From an uncultured delta proteobacterium (GTDB taxonomy: Bacteria; Desulfobacterota; Binatia; Bin18), in the NCBI GenBank assembly GCA_963733195.1, contig CAVTCR010000081.1:32001-96000 (forward strand): a DNA stretch of 64,000 nt, in the 5' to 3' direction. Position numbers and translations under genes: made by a program. Below are positions 10,396 to 20,735 of the stretch, piece after piece. Every line of letters starts with the position of its first letter. Within the stretch, counting starts at the first letter, position 1. The notes under the pieces are model-generated. The model saw nothing but the letters and a program-made list of their open reading frames with translations, ran no database searches and had not been told where the DNA came from.

Positions 10396-12742
10396 CTAAA
10401 TCCGACTATACCGCTCCCGTAACCGCTGACGGACGATCTCTGCTACCGTGTTGACCAAGAACGTCAGAACAAACAGCAGGAATGCGCCAAGGAACAAGAC
10501 ACGATAGAGCGTCCCACCCTCTGGCGCTTCGGGAATTTCGACAGCGATATTAGCTGACAATGCGCGAAACCCACTGAACGCGTTGAAGTCCATGACCGGC
10601 GTATTTCCTGTTGCCATCAGCACGATCATGGTTTCCCCGACCGCGCGGCCAAAACCAATCATGACCGCCGAGAATACCCCTGGGCTCGCTGTTGGCAGCA
10701 CCACCCGGAGGGCAGTCTGCCAGCGATTCGCCCCAAGGGCCAACGAACCCGACACTAAGTGCTGCGGGACATTGGAAAATGCGTCTTCACAAATAGTGTA
10801 AATAATCGGAATCACTGCGAATCCCATCGCAAAGCCAACGACGAGAGAGTTGCGAGGATCGTACCGGACGCCGGTGGTGTCATAAAGCCATTGTGGGAAA
10901 CTGCCGTTAAAAAACGTTGCTTCGAGCCAGCCATTGGCATAGGCGCAAGCCGCGACTGCCATCACTAAAAGTGGCGCGAGAAAAAAGATCTCGACTCCGG
11001 GTTTGAAGCGACTGCGAGTCGGCAGTGGGATCAAGCGCCAGACAAACGATGCGGCCAGTGTCACCAGCGGAAGTGCGATCAACATCAGCATGATGCCTGG
11101 CACCATCTTCTCGACCCTGGGGGCGAGCCATAACCCGGCAAAGAACCCCAGGACGACACTGGGCAGGGCGGCCATCACCTCTACCGTTGGTTTGATCACG
11201 TTTCGCAGGCTCGGATGCAAAAATTGCGAGGTGAAGATCGCAGCGCAGATGCTCATCGGCACTGCTAAGAGGAGAGCGTAGAACGTCCCCTTTAAAGTGC
11301 CGTAGGCAAGCGGCGTTAAGCTAAACTTAGGCTCAAATTCATCGCTCCCACTACTCGATTGCCAGGTGTATTCAGGTTTGTCATAGCCTTCGTACCAAAC
11401 CTTACCGAACAGCGTCCTCAGGTTAATATCTGGATGTGGATTATAGAGAGACCAGTAGGAAAGTTTATCGTCGCTGGTGAGGGCAAAGATTCCATCGGCT
11501 TTCGGAGTAAAGCTAGCGAGGTGAACGGGGCTGCCGTCCGTGCGCACGTCGAGTAGTGTCTGCTCAGACGTGGAATGATGAAGGAAAACGTTGCCCTGCT
11601 CATCAGCCGAGAGGAAGCCTTTATCGCGCGGCGAGGGCGTGAGCGCCGTGACCGTTGCCGGATGCGAACGCAAGGCGTGTACGCGATGATAAGAGGACTT
11701 CGCAGAATCGTTCGGATCACGGATCTGAAACCACACGCTAACACCGCCGGCAGCATCTCCCACCAGCAACGATCGATCGCCGAGTAACCATCCTAGTGCA
11801 GTGACTCCGGCGCCAGGCTTTGAGCTAGCTGCATACGTTTCGGTAAATTGCGGTGCCGCCGGATCAGTGAGGTCCCAGTGATGCAAGTCGCCGGTCGCGG
11901 TCCCGGCTATGAGATTCACGCGGTATTTGTCTAAGGCAAGCGCCGTGGCATCAGCTTTCAGCACGGAAGAGAGATCCGACCGCAGCTCCTCAACGCTAGA
12001 TTCTCCCAGGAGCGAGGTCTTTTCTTCCTGTGCCAAGAAGATGAGAGTACGTGGGCCAAGCAGCGCGGCAGTAGCAACCTTTCCCTCCTCTTCGCGATAT
12101 ACCAACTGTGTGATTGCTCGGCCTTGCGGGTCGAGTTGCAGTGGTTTTCCTTCCTTCACCTCAGGTACGATCACGCGTTTCCCTGTTTGAGATTGTGTCG
12201 AAAAACTGAGGCGCAACGGAATCACACTTCCACCAGACGGTGCCGATAACGATAACGTGCGAGATGCCGTCGCGATACGCGGCTGTCGCCTGTTGCCCCT
12301 GGAGCGCTTTAACCTCGTAGCGTTGAATGAGCTGATTGTTTGGCAACGCCAGAAAATCGACCGTGCCGTTGTCTCGTAGCACGTAAGCAATTGACTGGTA
12401 TTCATCGACACCAAAAGCGAGCAGTTTCTCAGGCGATGTTGTGGCACTCGGAGTGGGCGCCTCAGACGATTGCGGTGTCGACTGACTCAGATTGAGTGTG
12501 GCTACCGGAGTCGCTATTGGTGAATTCCACAATGGCAGAGTTTCCGCAACAATGACAAAGAGAATGGCAACGATGCTCAAAATAACCGCGATCCCACCAG
12601 CAGTAATAATGTAATCTGCCGCCTTGTCCGCGAGCTTCTTGCGTCGCAGCCGGGCCTTGTCCTCCATGGTCGATAGACGGACATCGACTGGGGCAGATGA
12701 AGATTCCTGCCGTTCTCTTTCTCGTTGCTGTACTTCTGCCAT
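10396..12742 (-). CDS. pstC: Phosphate ABC transporter permease PstC (long form with beta-propeller-like N-terminal domain); frameshifted ~12200-12300
   Basis: KVWYEGY...WQSSSGSDEFEPKFSLTPL, EVMAALPSVVLG, RAVGETMIVLMATGNTP. The N-terminal part lies in ORF 12161-12772. Confidence 0.92.
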
Positions 12743-12790
12743 ACACTCCTCAGTTGTGTCGGGGCGCAGCACGCTGCGCCCCGCAGGTTC

Positions 12791-13777
12791 TTACTGCAAG
12801 TTCTTCATCTCCTCGTTCACAACCGAGGCCGGTAATGGGTAGTAGCCGTCTTTAATGACAACCTCTTGTCCTTCTTTGCTTACGATGAACTTGGCAAACT
12901 CACGGACAAGGGGATCGAGTGGTTGACCAGGTGCACGGTTGATGTACACAAGCAAAGCGCGGCTCATTGGATACTTTCCACTGGCGACGTTTTCGTAGCT
13001 CGCCGGAAAAAACGGATCCCCCTGCTTTGCGGCCAGCGGTACTGCGCGTACACCAGAGGTGGCATAACCAATACCGCTGTAGCCCGCGCCGTTACGGTCT
13101 TCGCTGACACCCTGCACGACTGAGGCTGAGCCCGGCTGTTCTTTCACTGTGTCCTTAAAGTCGCCGTTGCACAGCGCATGCTCTTTGAAGAAACCATAGG
13201 TTCCAGAGGCTGAATTACGACCATACAGGCTAATAGGCGAGGTGGCCCATCCTCCATCTACCCCAACCTCTCCCCACACCTTCACGTCGTTCGGCGTTCG
13301 GCAGCGACGGGTTTTGGAGAAAATCGCATCCACCTGCTGCAGAGTCAGCCCTTTGATCGGATTGTCTTTGTTGACAAACACTGCCAAAGAGTCGAGCGAT
13401 GTCCGAATCGCGGTAGGCTTATAGCCGTATTTCGCCTCGAAGGCGTCTATTTCTGAGCCTTTCATCGGACGTGACATTGGTCCAAGTTGCGCCGTTCCCT
13501 CGATCAACGCCGGTGGGGCAGTACTGGATCCCTTGCCTTCAATCTGAATGTTGACATTGGGATAAAACTTCTTAAATCCTTCGGCCCAGAGCGTCATCAA
13601 GTTGTTCAATGAGTCTGAGCCAATACTATTGAGGTTGCCTGAAATTCCGCTCGCGGCTTTGTACGCAGGAATTGTGGGATCGACCTTGACGGCTTCCTGG
13701 GCATATCCTTGACTGGCTCCGAGGGTACCCAGGGCCAGAACGGCTGCGGTTACCGTGCGCCAGATAGATGCTTTCAT
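12791..13777 (-). CDS. pstS: Phosphate ABC transporter substrate-binding protein
   Basis: Signal peptide; [39 protein letters not shown]. Confidence 0.96.
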   Translation of the reverse strand: MKASIWRTVTAAVLALGTLGASQGYAQEAVKVDPTIPAYKAASGISGNLNSIGSDSLNNLMTLWAEGFKKFYPNVNIQIEGKGSSTAPPALIEGTAQLGPMSRPMKGSEIDAFEAKYGYKPTAIRTSLDSLAVFVNKDNPIKGLTLQQVDAIFSKTRRCRTPNDVKVWGEVGVDGGWATSPISLYGRNSASGTYGFFKEHALCNGDFKDTVKEQPGSASVVQGVSEDRNGAGYSGIGYATSGVRAVPLAAKQGDPFFPASYENVASGKYPMSRALLVYINRAPGQPLDPLVREFAKFIVSKEGQEVVIKDGYYPLPASVVNEEMKNLQ

Positions 13778-13815
13778 AATTTTTACCTCCTTACTACTAA
13801 GGTTGCTATACGATT

Positions 13816-13855
13816 ATTACAAACGTGTTACACGAAGGTGACCATTTGGTGACGT
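13816..13855 (-). promoter_or_regulatory. Pho-box array (4 units) upstream of pstS
   Basis: Minus strand ACGTCAC-n4-TGGTCAC-n4-GTGTAAC-n4-TTGTAAT in exact 11-bp period; resembles the PhoB CTGTCAT(n4) repeat. Confidence 0.8.
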
Positions 13856-13907
13856 TAAATCGAATCATAAGAAGATTCAGATACTTTCTTCTCTATAGTG
13901 AGATACT

Positions 13908-14033
13908 CCCCGTTCGTCCTGAGCGTAGACGCGCAGCGTCGAAGTCGAAGGGCGCTGAGGCATTACCCGTAATCCCTCGACTTCGCTGCGCGTAGTTTAT
14001 CCTGAGCTTTGTCGAAGGGCTCGGGACGAGCGC
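13908..14033. repeat. Intergenic palindromic repeat element
   Basis: CGTTCGTCCTGAGC...CGAAGTCGAAGGG and complementary CCCTCGACTTCG...GCTCGGGACGAGCG. Confidence 0.6.
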
Positions 14034-14067
14034 ATGTAGGCTCAGATGTAACGAGACCGGGTCTGAC

Positions 14068-15480
14068 TTAGAACGCAACCTGTGCATCAAGCTGGAAGCG
14101 GTGCAGGAGCGAATTCGATTGGCCCTGTGGTCGATCGATGAAAGAAACGAAGTGATTCTTGGCGGTGAGCGTCAGGCGGGGGAACAGCATGTAGTCGATC
14201 TTGACAAAAGGGCCTTGGACGTTAGTTCCACCGTCACGACCGAAGTCACTATAGCTAAAGGCTGACAACACGGAGTCGGTTTCCATGCGTGCCCATACAA
14301 CCGAGAACGCCCAATCTCCAGGGTTTCTGGTTTGACCGAGACCCAGCCCCGCCCAAACGGCAAAATCTTCACCTCGCTTCGCATCGAAGTTGCGCGCAAT
14401 ATCAGCCATCAATGTTAGCGGCCATCTGGCGTATCCCGTATTGTACTCAAGCTGCAACGAACCGTTGAGAATATTGTAACTGCCCCAGAAGTCCTGGAAT
14501 TGTTTGTCGCCGGTTCCCGGAGTCAATGAAGATCCTCCTCTGACGATGGTTCCATCTCGGAGAACAACAGAATTAGTAATTTTGAGAGCGCTGTTAGTAT
14601 TCCGCGCTTGGGCAATGAGGTCGTCCTTGGAGAAGTAATAATCGGCCATAGCCACGGTTAAGCGGGTACTGGGCAGGGGCTGGATGGTCGCCACTACTTG
14701 TCCACCGAACATCCATCCATCTGCCGCCCGAGCCATTTCCCGGTACACCCACTGGGCAGCATTAAGTTGGAAGCGGCGCAGCAACCCTTCTGTGCCTTCA
14801 TACAGAGTAAAGGTCTCATGCAGCCCTTCTGGAGAGAGGTCATCGTCGAAGATCATTTCTGAGCTCATCACCGCCCGAGGTTTGAAGAATTGGTTAGCGA
14901 ATTTCCCTGCAGTAATCGAGATCGGGCTCCAGGCCCAGTCGCCTAATCCAATGCTCTCTTTCGGTGTGATCGTGATATACGCATGGTCAATACTCACGGG
15001 CTTACGTGTGAATATATTGGTCAACGTTTCATTGGTCGAGATCGGATCGTTGGCATCTCCGCTGGCAAGTCGAATCCCTGCGAGTAATTCGTCACTGATT
15101 TTCATCTGCGCACCAAAGCGTAAACGGAATCGTTCACGTGTACGTGCATTTGCGTTGGGCCCGTGGTCTTGGTAAAAGCCCTCCATACGAACGCGCAAAT
15201 CTCCTGAGAACGTGAATCGGCTCAACCAATCGAGGCTTCGATCAGCTTTGATCATTTTAACGGGATCGCGGCGATAGGCTTCGACCCCAGCTTCACGTGC
15301 TTCGTTCTCAGCTCTGGCCCGGTTCATCAGTTCTTGATATTTCTCGTCACTAATCTTGTTTTCCGCACGCAGAATCTCGAGAATCTCTTCTGCCACACTG
15401 CGTTTCTGTGCCAGTGCAGGAGAGACTCCGAACGCAATCGCCACAAGTCCGCTCCAGAAAGTCACCATCAGTTTTCTCAT
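14068..15480 (-). CDS. Putative outer-membrane porin, probably for phosphate uptake
   Basis: Signal peptide; FSGDLRVRME, RERFRLRFG, RLASGDANDPISTNETL; C-terminal Phe (FQLDAQVAF); lies upstream of pstS with its own Pho box. Confidence 0.85.
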   Translation of the reverse strand: MRKLMVTFWSGLVAIAFGVSPALAQKRSVAEEILEILRAENKISDEKYQELMNRARAENEAREAGVEAYRRDPVKMIKADRSLDWLSRFTFSGDLRVRMEGFYQDHGPNANARTRERFRLRFGAQMKISDELLAGIRLASGDANDPISTNETLTNIFTRKPVSIDHAYITITPKESIGLGDWAWSPISITAGKFANQFFKPRAVMSSEMIFDDDLSPEGLHETFTLYEGTEGLLRRFQLNAAQWVYREMARAADGWMFGGQVVATIQPLPSTRLTVAMADYYFSKDDLIAQARNTNSALKITNSVVLRDGTIVRGGSSLTPGTGDKQFQDFWGSYNILNGSLQLEYNTGYARWPLTLMADIARNFDAKRGEDFAVWAGLGLGQTRNPGDWAFSVVWARMETDSVLSAFSYSDFGRDGGTNVQGPFVKIDYMLFPRLTLTAKNHFVSFIDRPQGQSNSLLHRFQLDAQVAF

Positions 15481-15547
15481 TACCCCTACTCCTTCCCTTG
15501 CGTAGATTCCTATCCATCACTTTCGTGGTGCAGGGTAGAAGGAGAGT

Positions 15548-15587
15548 GTTACGGAGAGATGACAGTGTCGTTATGTGTTTGTGACGC
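15548..15587 (-). promoter_or_regulatory. Pho-box array upstream of the porin gene
   Basis: GCGTCAC-n4-ACATAAC-n4-CTGTCAT-n4-CCGTAAC, 11-bp period. Confidence 0.8.
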
Positions 15588-15721
15588 TCGGAAAGCGATA
15601 TATAGGTACGAACAAGTTTTGCCGTACCGTTTCATAACGACCTCTGACAAACGAATTGGTATTAGATAAGCGAGAAGCCTGTCCTTGACGGCGGACTGAG
15701 AAGCCCGTCCCACCAAAGATC

Positions 15722-16123
15722 TTATAGTGGATTTGCCCAGCTCACGTCCTGGGGCTTTTCCAGCAACGAACGCACTAATAAGCAGAGTTCAGTGACAGAG
15801 AAGGGTTTTCCCAAACAATGCTCGACACCATTGTGACGAAGTTCGGTTTGGAGCTGCGGGGAGCGTAGCGCACTCAACACAATAACCGGTAGTGTGGCAA
15901 TCTGTCTCCTGGGGTGCTTGCGGATAAAGTCTAAGACCTCCCACCCGCTGTGCAACGGGAGCAAGAGGTCCAACGTAATGAGGTGTGGTGCGGAATCTTC
16001 AATCAGGGAGAGTGCTTCACGACCGTCAAAAGCTGGAGCTGTCAGATACCCAGCCTCAGTCAGGTTATAGGTAATAAGTTGAGAAATGTGGAGTTCGTCT
16101 TCCACGACTAGAATGCGTTTCAC
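15722..16123 (-). CDS. Single-domain response regulator (receiver only)
   Basis: KRILVVEDE, ITLDLLLP, VIVLSA, LGKPF; GTG start after GGAGG. Confidence 0.85.
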   Translation of the reverse strand: MKRILVVEDELHISQLITYNLTEAGYLTAPAFDGREALSLIEDSAPHLITLDLLLPLHSGWEVLDFIRKHPRRQIATLPVIVLSALRSPQLQTELRHNGVEHCLGKPFSVTELCLLVRSLLEKPQDVSWANPL

Positions 16124-16175
16124 GCTATATGATCCCTCCATATGGCAGAGGATCGCATCTATGTTTTGCAGGAGA

Positions 16176-16204
16176 ATGGCAGCAATGTGAAAATTGTGTG
16201 ACAG
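16176..16204 (-). promoter_or_regulatory. Pho-box array upstream of the receiver-only gene
   Basis: CTGTCAC-n4-TTTTCAC-n4-CTGCCAT. Confidence 0.7.
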
Positions 16205-16285
16205 TGAGCGCCCGTGGGCTTCACTCACACTATCTCTCGTGGTGAGGGAACGATTTCCGCCTATCAGCGGAAATTTCCTTTCACG

Positions 16286-16591
16286 TCAATTACGACAGAA
16301 TATGAAGGAAGTCTTCCGTTGAGAGTTGACCTTGCGGAGCCGAGTGCGAGGAGTGGGACGCAAGAGCTTTTCGAGAGACTGGTTGCCTTCGATGACCACG
16401 ACCCAACGTTGTCTTTCTCCTCGTATCGTCACCTGCCAACCTTGCTGGCGAAGTTCTTCGGCCTTAAGACACATCCGTAAGTAGAACCGTACGTTTTCGC
16501 GAGCGTGAGGACCTCCCTGTTTCACAAAGTCGCGTAAACGCTCAAGGATACTTCGTGTGTCCTCTTTTTGTGAAGGCTCGTTTGTTATCAT
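16286..16591 (-). CDS. Hypothetical basic protein (101 aa)
   Basis: GAGGAG RBS and a 4-unit Pho box upstream; no recognisable motif. Confidence 0.55.
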   Translation of the reverse strand: MITNEPSQKEDTRSILERLRDFVKQGGPHARENVRFYLRMCLKAEELRQQGWQVTIRGERQRWVVVIEGNQSLEKLLRPTPRTRLRKVNSQRKTSFIFCRN

Positions 16592-16674
16592 CTTATTATG
16601 GCTCTCCTCATGCTGACATGCTGAAAGGGATACTCATCTGTTTTTACAGAACTGGTTGAATATTGTGCAGTCGT

Positions 16675-16714
16675 GTGACGGCACTGTGGCAGCATGATGA
16701 AGGTTTAATGACAT
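16675..16714 (-). promoter_or_regulatory. Pho-box array upstream of the 101-aa ORF
   Basis: ATGTCAT-n4-CCTTCAT-n4-CTGCCAC-n4-CCGTCAC. Confidence 0.72.
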
Positions 16715-16771
16715 TCTTGCTTCGCGGAGTTTATTATAGGCAGGGGCACGGCATGCCGTGCCCCTACTAAT

Positions 16772-18007
16772 TTAAGAAACCCGTTGCGCTCGGCGGCGCG
16801 GGGCGAAATGTCGTATCGTGCCGTTCGCGATGCGTGCCGCATGGGACATCGCGGGCCGTGCGGGCGCTTGCAAGTGGTCGATGGCAGGTACGAAGCCTTT
16901 GACTATCTGGTGAGGGATTGGGCTACCAATACCGCGCTCGATCGTGCGAACGAGTGCAACTTCATCGGCGGAGACAAGCGAGACGGCATCCCCTGTCGCC
17001 GTTGCCCGTGCCGTGCGACCAATACGGTGCACGTATTCTTCAGGAGTCTTCGGCACGTCAAAATTCACAACATGAGAGATCCCGTCGACATCCAGACCTC
17101 GCGCCGCGATATCCGTTGCTACCAGCACCTCGACACTTCCATTGCGAAAGCCGCTTAAAGCCTGTGTACGTGCCCCCTGGCTTTTGCCTCCGTGCAACAC
17201 TGCTACGCGACGGCCTTTTTGCGCTAAATGCCTTGTTAGACGATCTGCACGGACCTTGGTGCGCGTGAACACAAGTACCTGCTGCATATGTCCGTTCTCT
17301 AACAGGTGGCAGAGCAGGTTCCGCTTCTGTTCAGCCTCTACAGAGTAGAGGACTTGTCGCACTGTCGCGACTGGCGTTGCCCTGCGACCGACATCAATGA
17401 TGACCGGAGCCTGCAGGGTCTCGTGCGCAAGACGCTCAATCTCAGCAGGCATAGTTGCCGAGAACATGAGAGTTTGCCGCGCGGCTGGCATGGTGCGGAG
17501 GAGCCGGCGCACATCGGGAAGGAAGCCGAGATCGAGCATGTGGTGTGCTTCATCCAGGACGAGAACCGCAAGATCATCGAAATGCACGTTCCCACGCTCC
17601 AGATGGTCTAAGAGCCGTCCTGGCGTAGCGATGAGGAGATCTACTCCAGAGCGCAACCGTTCGGTTTGCGGCCCTAGACGAACCCCACCAAAGACCGTCG
17701 CTGTGCGGATGCGCAGATATTTACCATAAGTACGAGCGCTCTCGCCAATCTGAGCAGCTAACTCTCGTGTCGGTGTTAAGACGAGGGCGCGAGGGTGTCC
17801 CGCTTTCCTTTGTGCCAAGTGTTGTAGGATAGGCAGAAGGAACCCTGCTGTTTTGCCTGTGCCGGTTTGGGCGCATGCAAGGACATCGTCACCTCGGAGG
17901 ATCGCAGGAATGGCTTGGGCCTGGACTGGTGTGGGGGTGTGGTACCCTGCGTCACGCACGGCGCGTAACAATTCGGGCAAAAGATCTAATTCAGAAAACG
18001 TGGTCAA
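16772..18007 (-). CDS. DEAD-box RNA helicase (RhlE-like; motif II reads DEAH)
   Basis: Q motif, AQTGTGKT, PTRELAAQ, TPGRL, LDEAH, SAT, ARGLD, HRIGRTAR. Confidence 0.95.
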   Translation of the reverse strand: MTTFSELDLLPELLRAVRDAGYHTPTPVQAQAIPAILRGDDVLACAQTGTGKTAGFLLPILQHLAQRKAGHPRALVLTPTRELAAQIGESARTYGKYLRIRTATVFGGVRLGPQTERLRSGVDLLIATPGRLLDHLERGNVHFDDLAVLVLDEAHHMLDLGFLPDVRRLLRTMPAARQTLMFSATMPAEIERLAHETLQAPVIIDVGRRATPVATVRQVLYSVEAEQKRNLLCHLLENGHMQQVLVFTRTKVRADRLTRHLAQKGRRVAVLHGGKSQGARTQALSGFRNGSVEVLVATDIAARGLDVDGISHVVNFDVPKTPEEYVHRIGRTARATATGDAVSLVSADEVALVRTIERGIGSPIPHQIVKGFVPAIDHLQAPARPAMSHAARIANGTIRHFAPRRRAQRVS

Positions 18008-18266
18008 ACTTCTTTCTCCTTGTCTATGTTGCCTAATGACACAGACGGGTAAACCTGCAGGTGGGATACCTACACGTGGGTTATCAAAAGAACCTGGGAA
18101 ACGTGGGACTCGGATCTAGGCAACCAGAGGGCCCGCTCCTGAGCGGAGCATCTTGCAGAAGGGAAAAAGAAGCTTGCTCGCGGTTCGTTATGTAATCAGC
18201 AGGACTCAACATAGCTCACTTTTGCTGCGGATGCTAGCCTTGCAGGTGTATATATTTTGCGGGAAG

Positions 18267-18295
18267 CCGGCAGAAGTGTGAAAGTTGTGTGACCG
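18267..18295 (-). promoter_or_regulatory. Probable Pho box upstream of the helicase leader
   Basis: CGGTCAC-n4-CTTTCAC-n4-CTGCCGG followed by an AT-rich -10-like stretch. Confidence 0.5.
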
Positions 18296-18307
18296 CTACC
18301 TCTCATG

Positions 18308-18496
18308 TCATGCTGCAGTTGAACATTCTTCGCTAGAAGAATCTCCGTGATTGGCAAGGAATTCAGTCATTCCCTTCTGTCCCATATATCGAGAGAGGAC
18401 CTTTTCCCAGAGGAGATCAGAAGATTCTGCAGGGACGACTGGAACCAAAGTGTTGCCGCTTACCGATTCGTTAGCTCCTGCGAAGAGTTGATACAT
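18308..18496 (-). CDS. Small hypothetical protein (62 aa)
   Basis: GGAGG RBS before ATG; weak Pho-like units at 18541-18581. Confidence 0.4.
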   Translation of the reverse strand: MYQLFAGANESVSGNTLVPVVPAESSDLLWEKVLSRYMGQKGMTEFLANHGDSSSEECSTAA

Positions 18497-18617
18497 GATG
18501 TATGCCCTCCACTTTCTTAAGCCAAAGATAGAGAGCGTGAGTTACAAACTTAGTAACAACGAGTTTATTTATCGGTGAAATGAGCAATAGCACCGCCACG
18601 ATAGGAGTCCCTGTAGA

Positions 18618-18657
18618 TCATCACACAAAGTTAACTTTTCTGTTACCGCCTGTTCAC
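18618..18657 (+). promoter_or_regulatory. Pho-box-like array with no clear CDS directly downstream
   Basis: TCATCAC-n4-AGTTAAC-n4-CTGTTAC-n4-TGTTCAC. Confidence 0.55.
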
Positions 18658-18844
18658 GATGGCGAGAGACCTTCTGTTCTGAATGGACTTTCATCTGGAG
18701 GCTTCACTAAAAGTTTATTTCGTCGTCACCCTTATGTGGTGGAAGCAAAAGAGCCGCGCAGTATCCCCCAGAATGTCTGGCATTCAGTACATTCTGAGAA
18801 GATGACGTTACGCGGGTGTCATTCTGAAATGATGTGAGGATATA

Positions 18845-18884
18845 CGTTCACACGATTTTAACGAAAACAACACGAAGCGGTCAC
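18845..18884 (+). promoter_or_regulatory. Pho-box-like array upstream of the Na/Pi symporter
   Basis: CGTTCAC-n4-TTTTAAC-n4-ACAACAC-n4-CGGTCAC. Confidence 0.55.
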
Positions 18885-19018
18885 CGAACACACTCATTGT
18901 CGCCCCTCTCCTAGTGATAGCTGCGACAGACTGACAAGGCCGCTCTCCATAAAGAAAGAAAATTTACCACACAGCAAAGCAAGGAGGATGGTCATGCGAT
19001 ATCTCAGAGGGGGTTGCC

Positions 19019-20734
19019 GTGCAGATTGACATATTTAAAGAAATTCTCGTGCCAGTCATTGGCGGCCTGGGGATCTTCATGCTCGGCCTCGAGTTCATGT
19101 CCGACGGCATCAATAACCTCGCGGCCAACCGCATGCGGATGTTGCTGGCCAAGATTGCTGGCACGCCGATCAAAGGGCTGTTCGCCGGCACGCTGATCAC
19201 GGGGGTGCTGCAATCGAGCACCGCGATGACGGTCATGGTGGTCGGGCTGGTCAATGCGGGCGTGATCGGGCTGCGCCCCGCGATCAGCATCATCATGGGC
19301 GCGAACATCGGCACCACGCTGGGCAACGGCCTGATTGCGCTGCCGCTGGGGCCGTTGGGGCTGATCGTCGCGGGCATCTTCGCGCTGGTGTACGTGTTCG
19401 CCAAGGTCGAAAAGACCAAGAATATCGCGCTCTCCATCATGGGCTTTGCGCTGATCTTTTACGGCCTGAACCTGTTGACCGGCGGCCTGAAACCGTTACG
19501 GGCGATGCCCGAGGTGATGGCCTCGATTTCGTCGCTCAATGCCAATAGCTTCATGGGCCTGCTCTACTGCGTGTTCACCGCGGCCGGCATTACGGCGATG
19601 ATCCACTCCTCGTCGGCCACCATCGGGATTGTGATGGGCCTGGGCGCGGCTGGCGTGCTCGGCTGGCAGACCGCGGTGGCCTTTTCGCTGGGCGCCGACC
19701 TGGGCACCACCGTCACCTCGTGGATGGCGTCGCTGAATCTGTCCAAAAATGCCAAGCGCGCCGCCTATGCGCACATCTCGTTCAACGTCATCGGCGTGGC
19801 GCTGATGCTGCCGCTGTTCTTCCTGTCGATGGAGTTGTTGCAGTGGGTCATGGGCTTCTTTGGCGGTGACCCTGGCAAGGCCGTGCTTGATGCGAACGGC
19901 AAGGAGACCTTCCCGCTGGTGCCGGTGGCCGTGGGCCTCTATTCCACCGCGTTCAACATCTTCAATACCGCGGTGCTGTTTCCGTTCATCGGCGTGTTTG
20001 AACGGGTGCTGTCGCGCATCGGTCACAACGTCGCCGATGACGAAGAAGACTATTCGATGCCGCTCCATCTGGCCCCAGGCTTGGCCAGCCAGCTGCAGAC
20101 GGCGGTGCCGGCCGTGCAGCAGGAAATGGCGCGCTTTCTCGGGGCCTCGCGGCTGATGCTGGCTGCGGCCAGGGGCGGCGATACGAAGTTCAAGAGCGTG
20201 CACGATCACCAGAAGGCGCTGGATTCGCTCAATCGCGAGATGCGCAGTTTCACGGCCACCACCTTTCAGACCGAGCTGACGCCCCAGCAGACCGAATTGG
20301 TGGCCAGCCTGATCGAGGAAGAAGACTTCAGCGCCAGCCTGGGTGAAACGCTGTACCAGATCGCCCGGCGGGTCGAGCGCCAGCCCTTCACCCCTGAGGG
20401 GCTAGAGATCATGAAGGCGATCCTGGCCGTGGTGGACCGCGGCCTTGCCGCCCATCTGGGCTACGCCGTCACGCCGATAGGACCCAGGGCGCCGGTGGAC
20501 ATTGAGCCCATGAAAGCCCTCGGGGAGCTGCGCCAGCGCTGTCTGTGGGCCAACGAGTTGCCCGGCGAAGATCGCGGTGCCTTGCTCGCGCTACTGGGTA
20601 GCGCCGAGCGCGCCTTGTACCTGGCCGAGCGCATCGAGGCCGAACGGCGCTCGGTGTCACGCGAGCTGCCGCAGGTGGAGCCCGTGCTCGATCACGGCAT
20701 GGTCTCGGGCAGCTTGTTACCAAAGCAGGCGTGA
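19019..20734 (+). CDS. Na+/phosphate symporter (NptA/Na_Pi_cotrans family)
   Basis: Duplicated QSSTA...GANIGTT and HSSSAT...GADLGTT motifs; helical C-terminal domain. Confidence 0.92.
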   Translation: MQIDIFKEILVPVIGGLGIFMLGLEFMSDGINNLAANRMRMLLAKIAGTPIKGLFAGTLITGVLQSSTAMTVMVVGLVNAGVIGLRPAISIIMGANIGTTLGNGLIALPLGPLGLIVAGIFALVYVFAKVEKTKNIALSIMGFALIFYGLNLLTGGLKPLRAMPEVMASISSLNANSFMGLLYCVFTAAGITAMIHSSSATIGIVMGLGAAGVLGWQTAVAFSLGADLGTTVTSWMASLNLSKNAKRAAYAHISFNVIGVALMLPLFFLSMELLQWVMGFFGGDPGKAVLDANGKETFPLVPVAVGLYSTAFNIFNTAVLFPFIGVFERVLSRIGHNVADDEEDYSMPLHLAPGLASQLQTAVPAVQQEMARFLGASRLMLAAARGGDTKFKSVHDHQKALDSLNREMRSFTATTFQTELTPQQTELVASLIEEEDFSASLGETLYQIARRVERQPFTPEGLEIMKAILAVVDRGLAAHLGYAVTPIGPRAPVDIEPMKALGELRQRCLWANELPGEDRGALLALLGSAERALYLAERIEAERRSVSRELPQVEPVLDHGMVSGSLLPKQA

Positions 20735-20735
20735 T

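Noticed and set aside
8705-12742. Unusually long PstA and PstC with extra soluble domains
   Set aside because: Long-form PstC/PstA of this type are already known in other Proteobacteria.
19496-20209. Long antisense ORFs over GC-rich genes (e.g. 237 aa here, 188 aa at 73-639)
   Set aside because: Shadow ORFs opposite well-supported genes.
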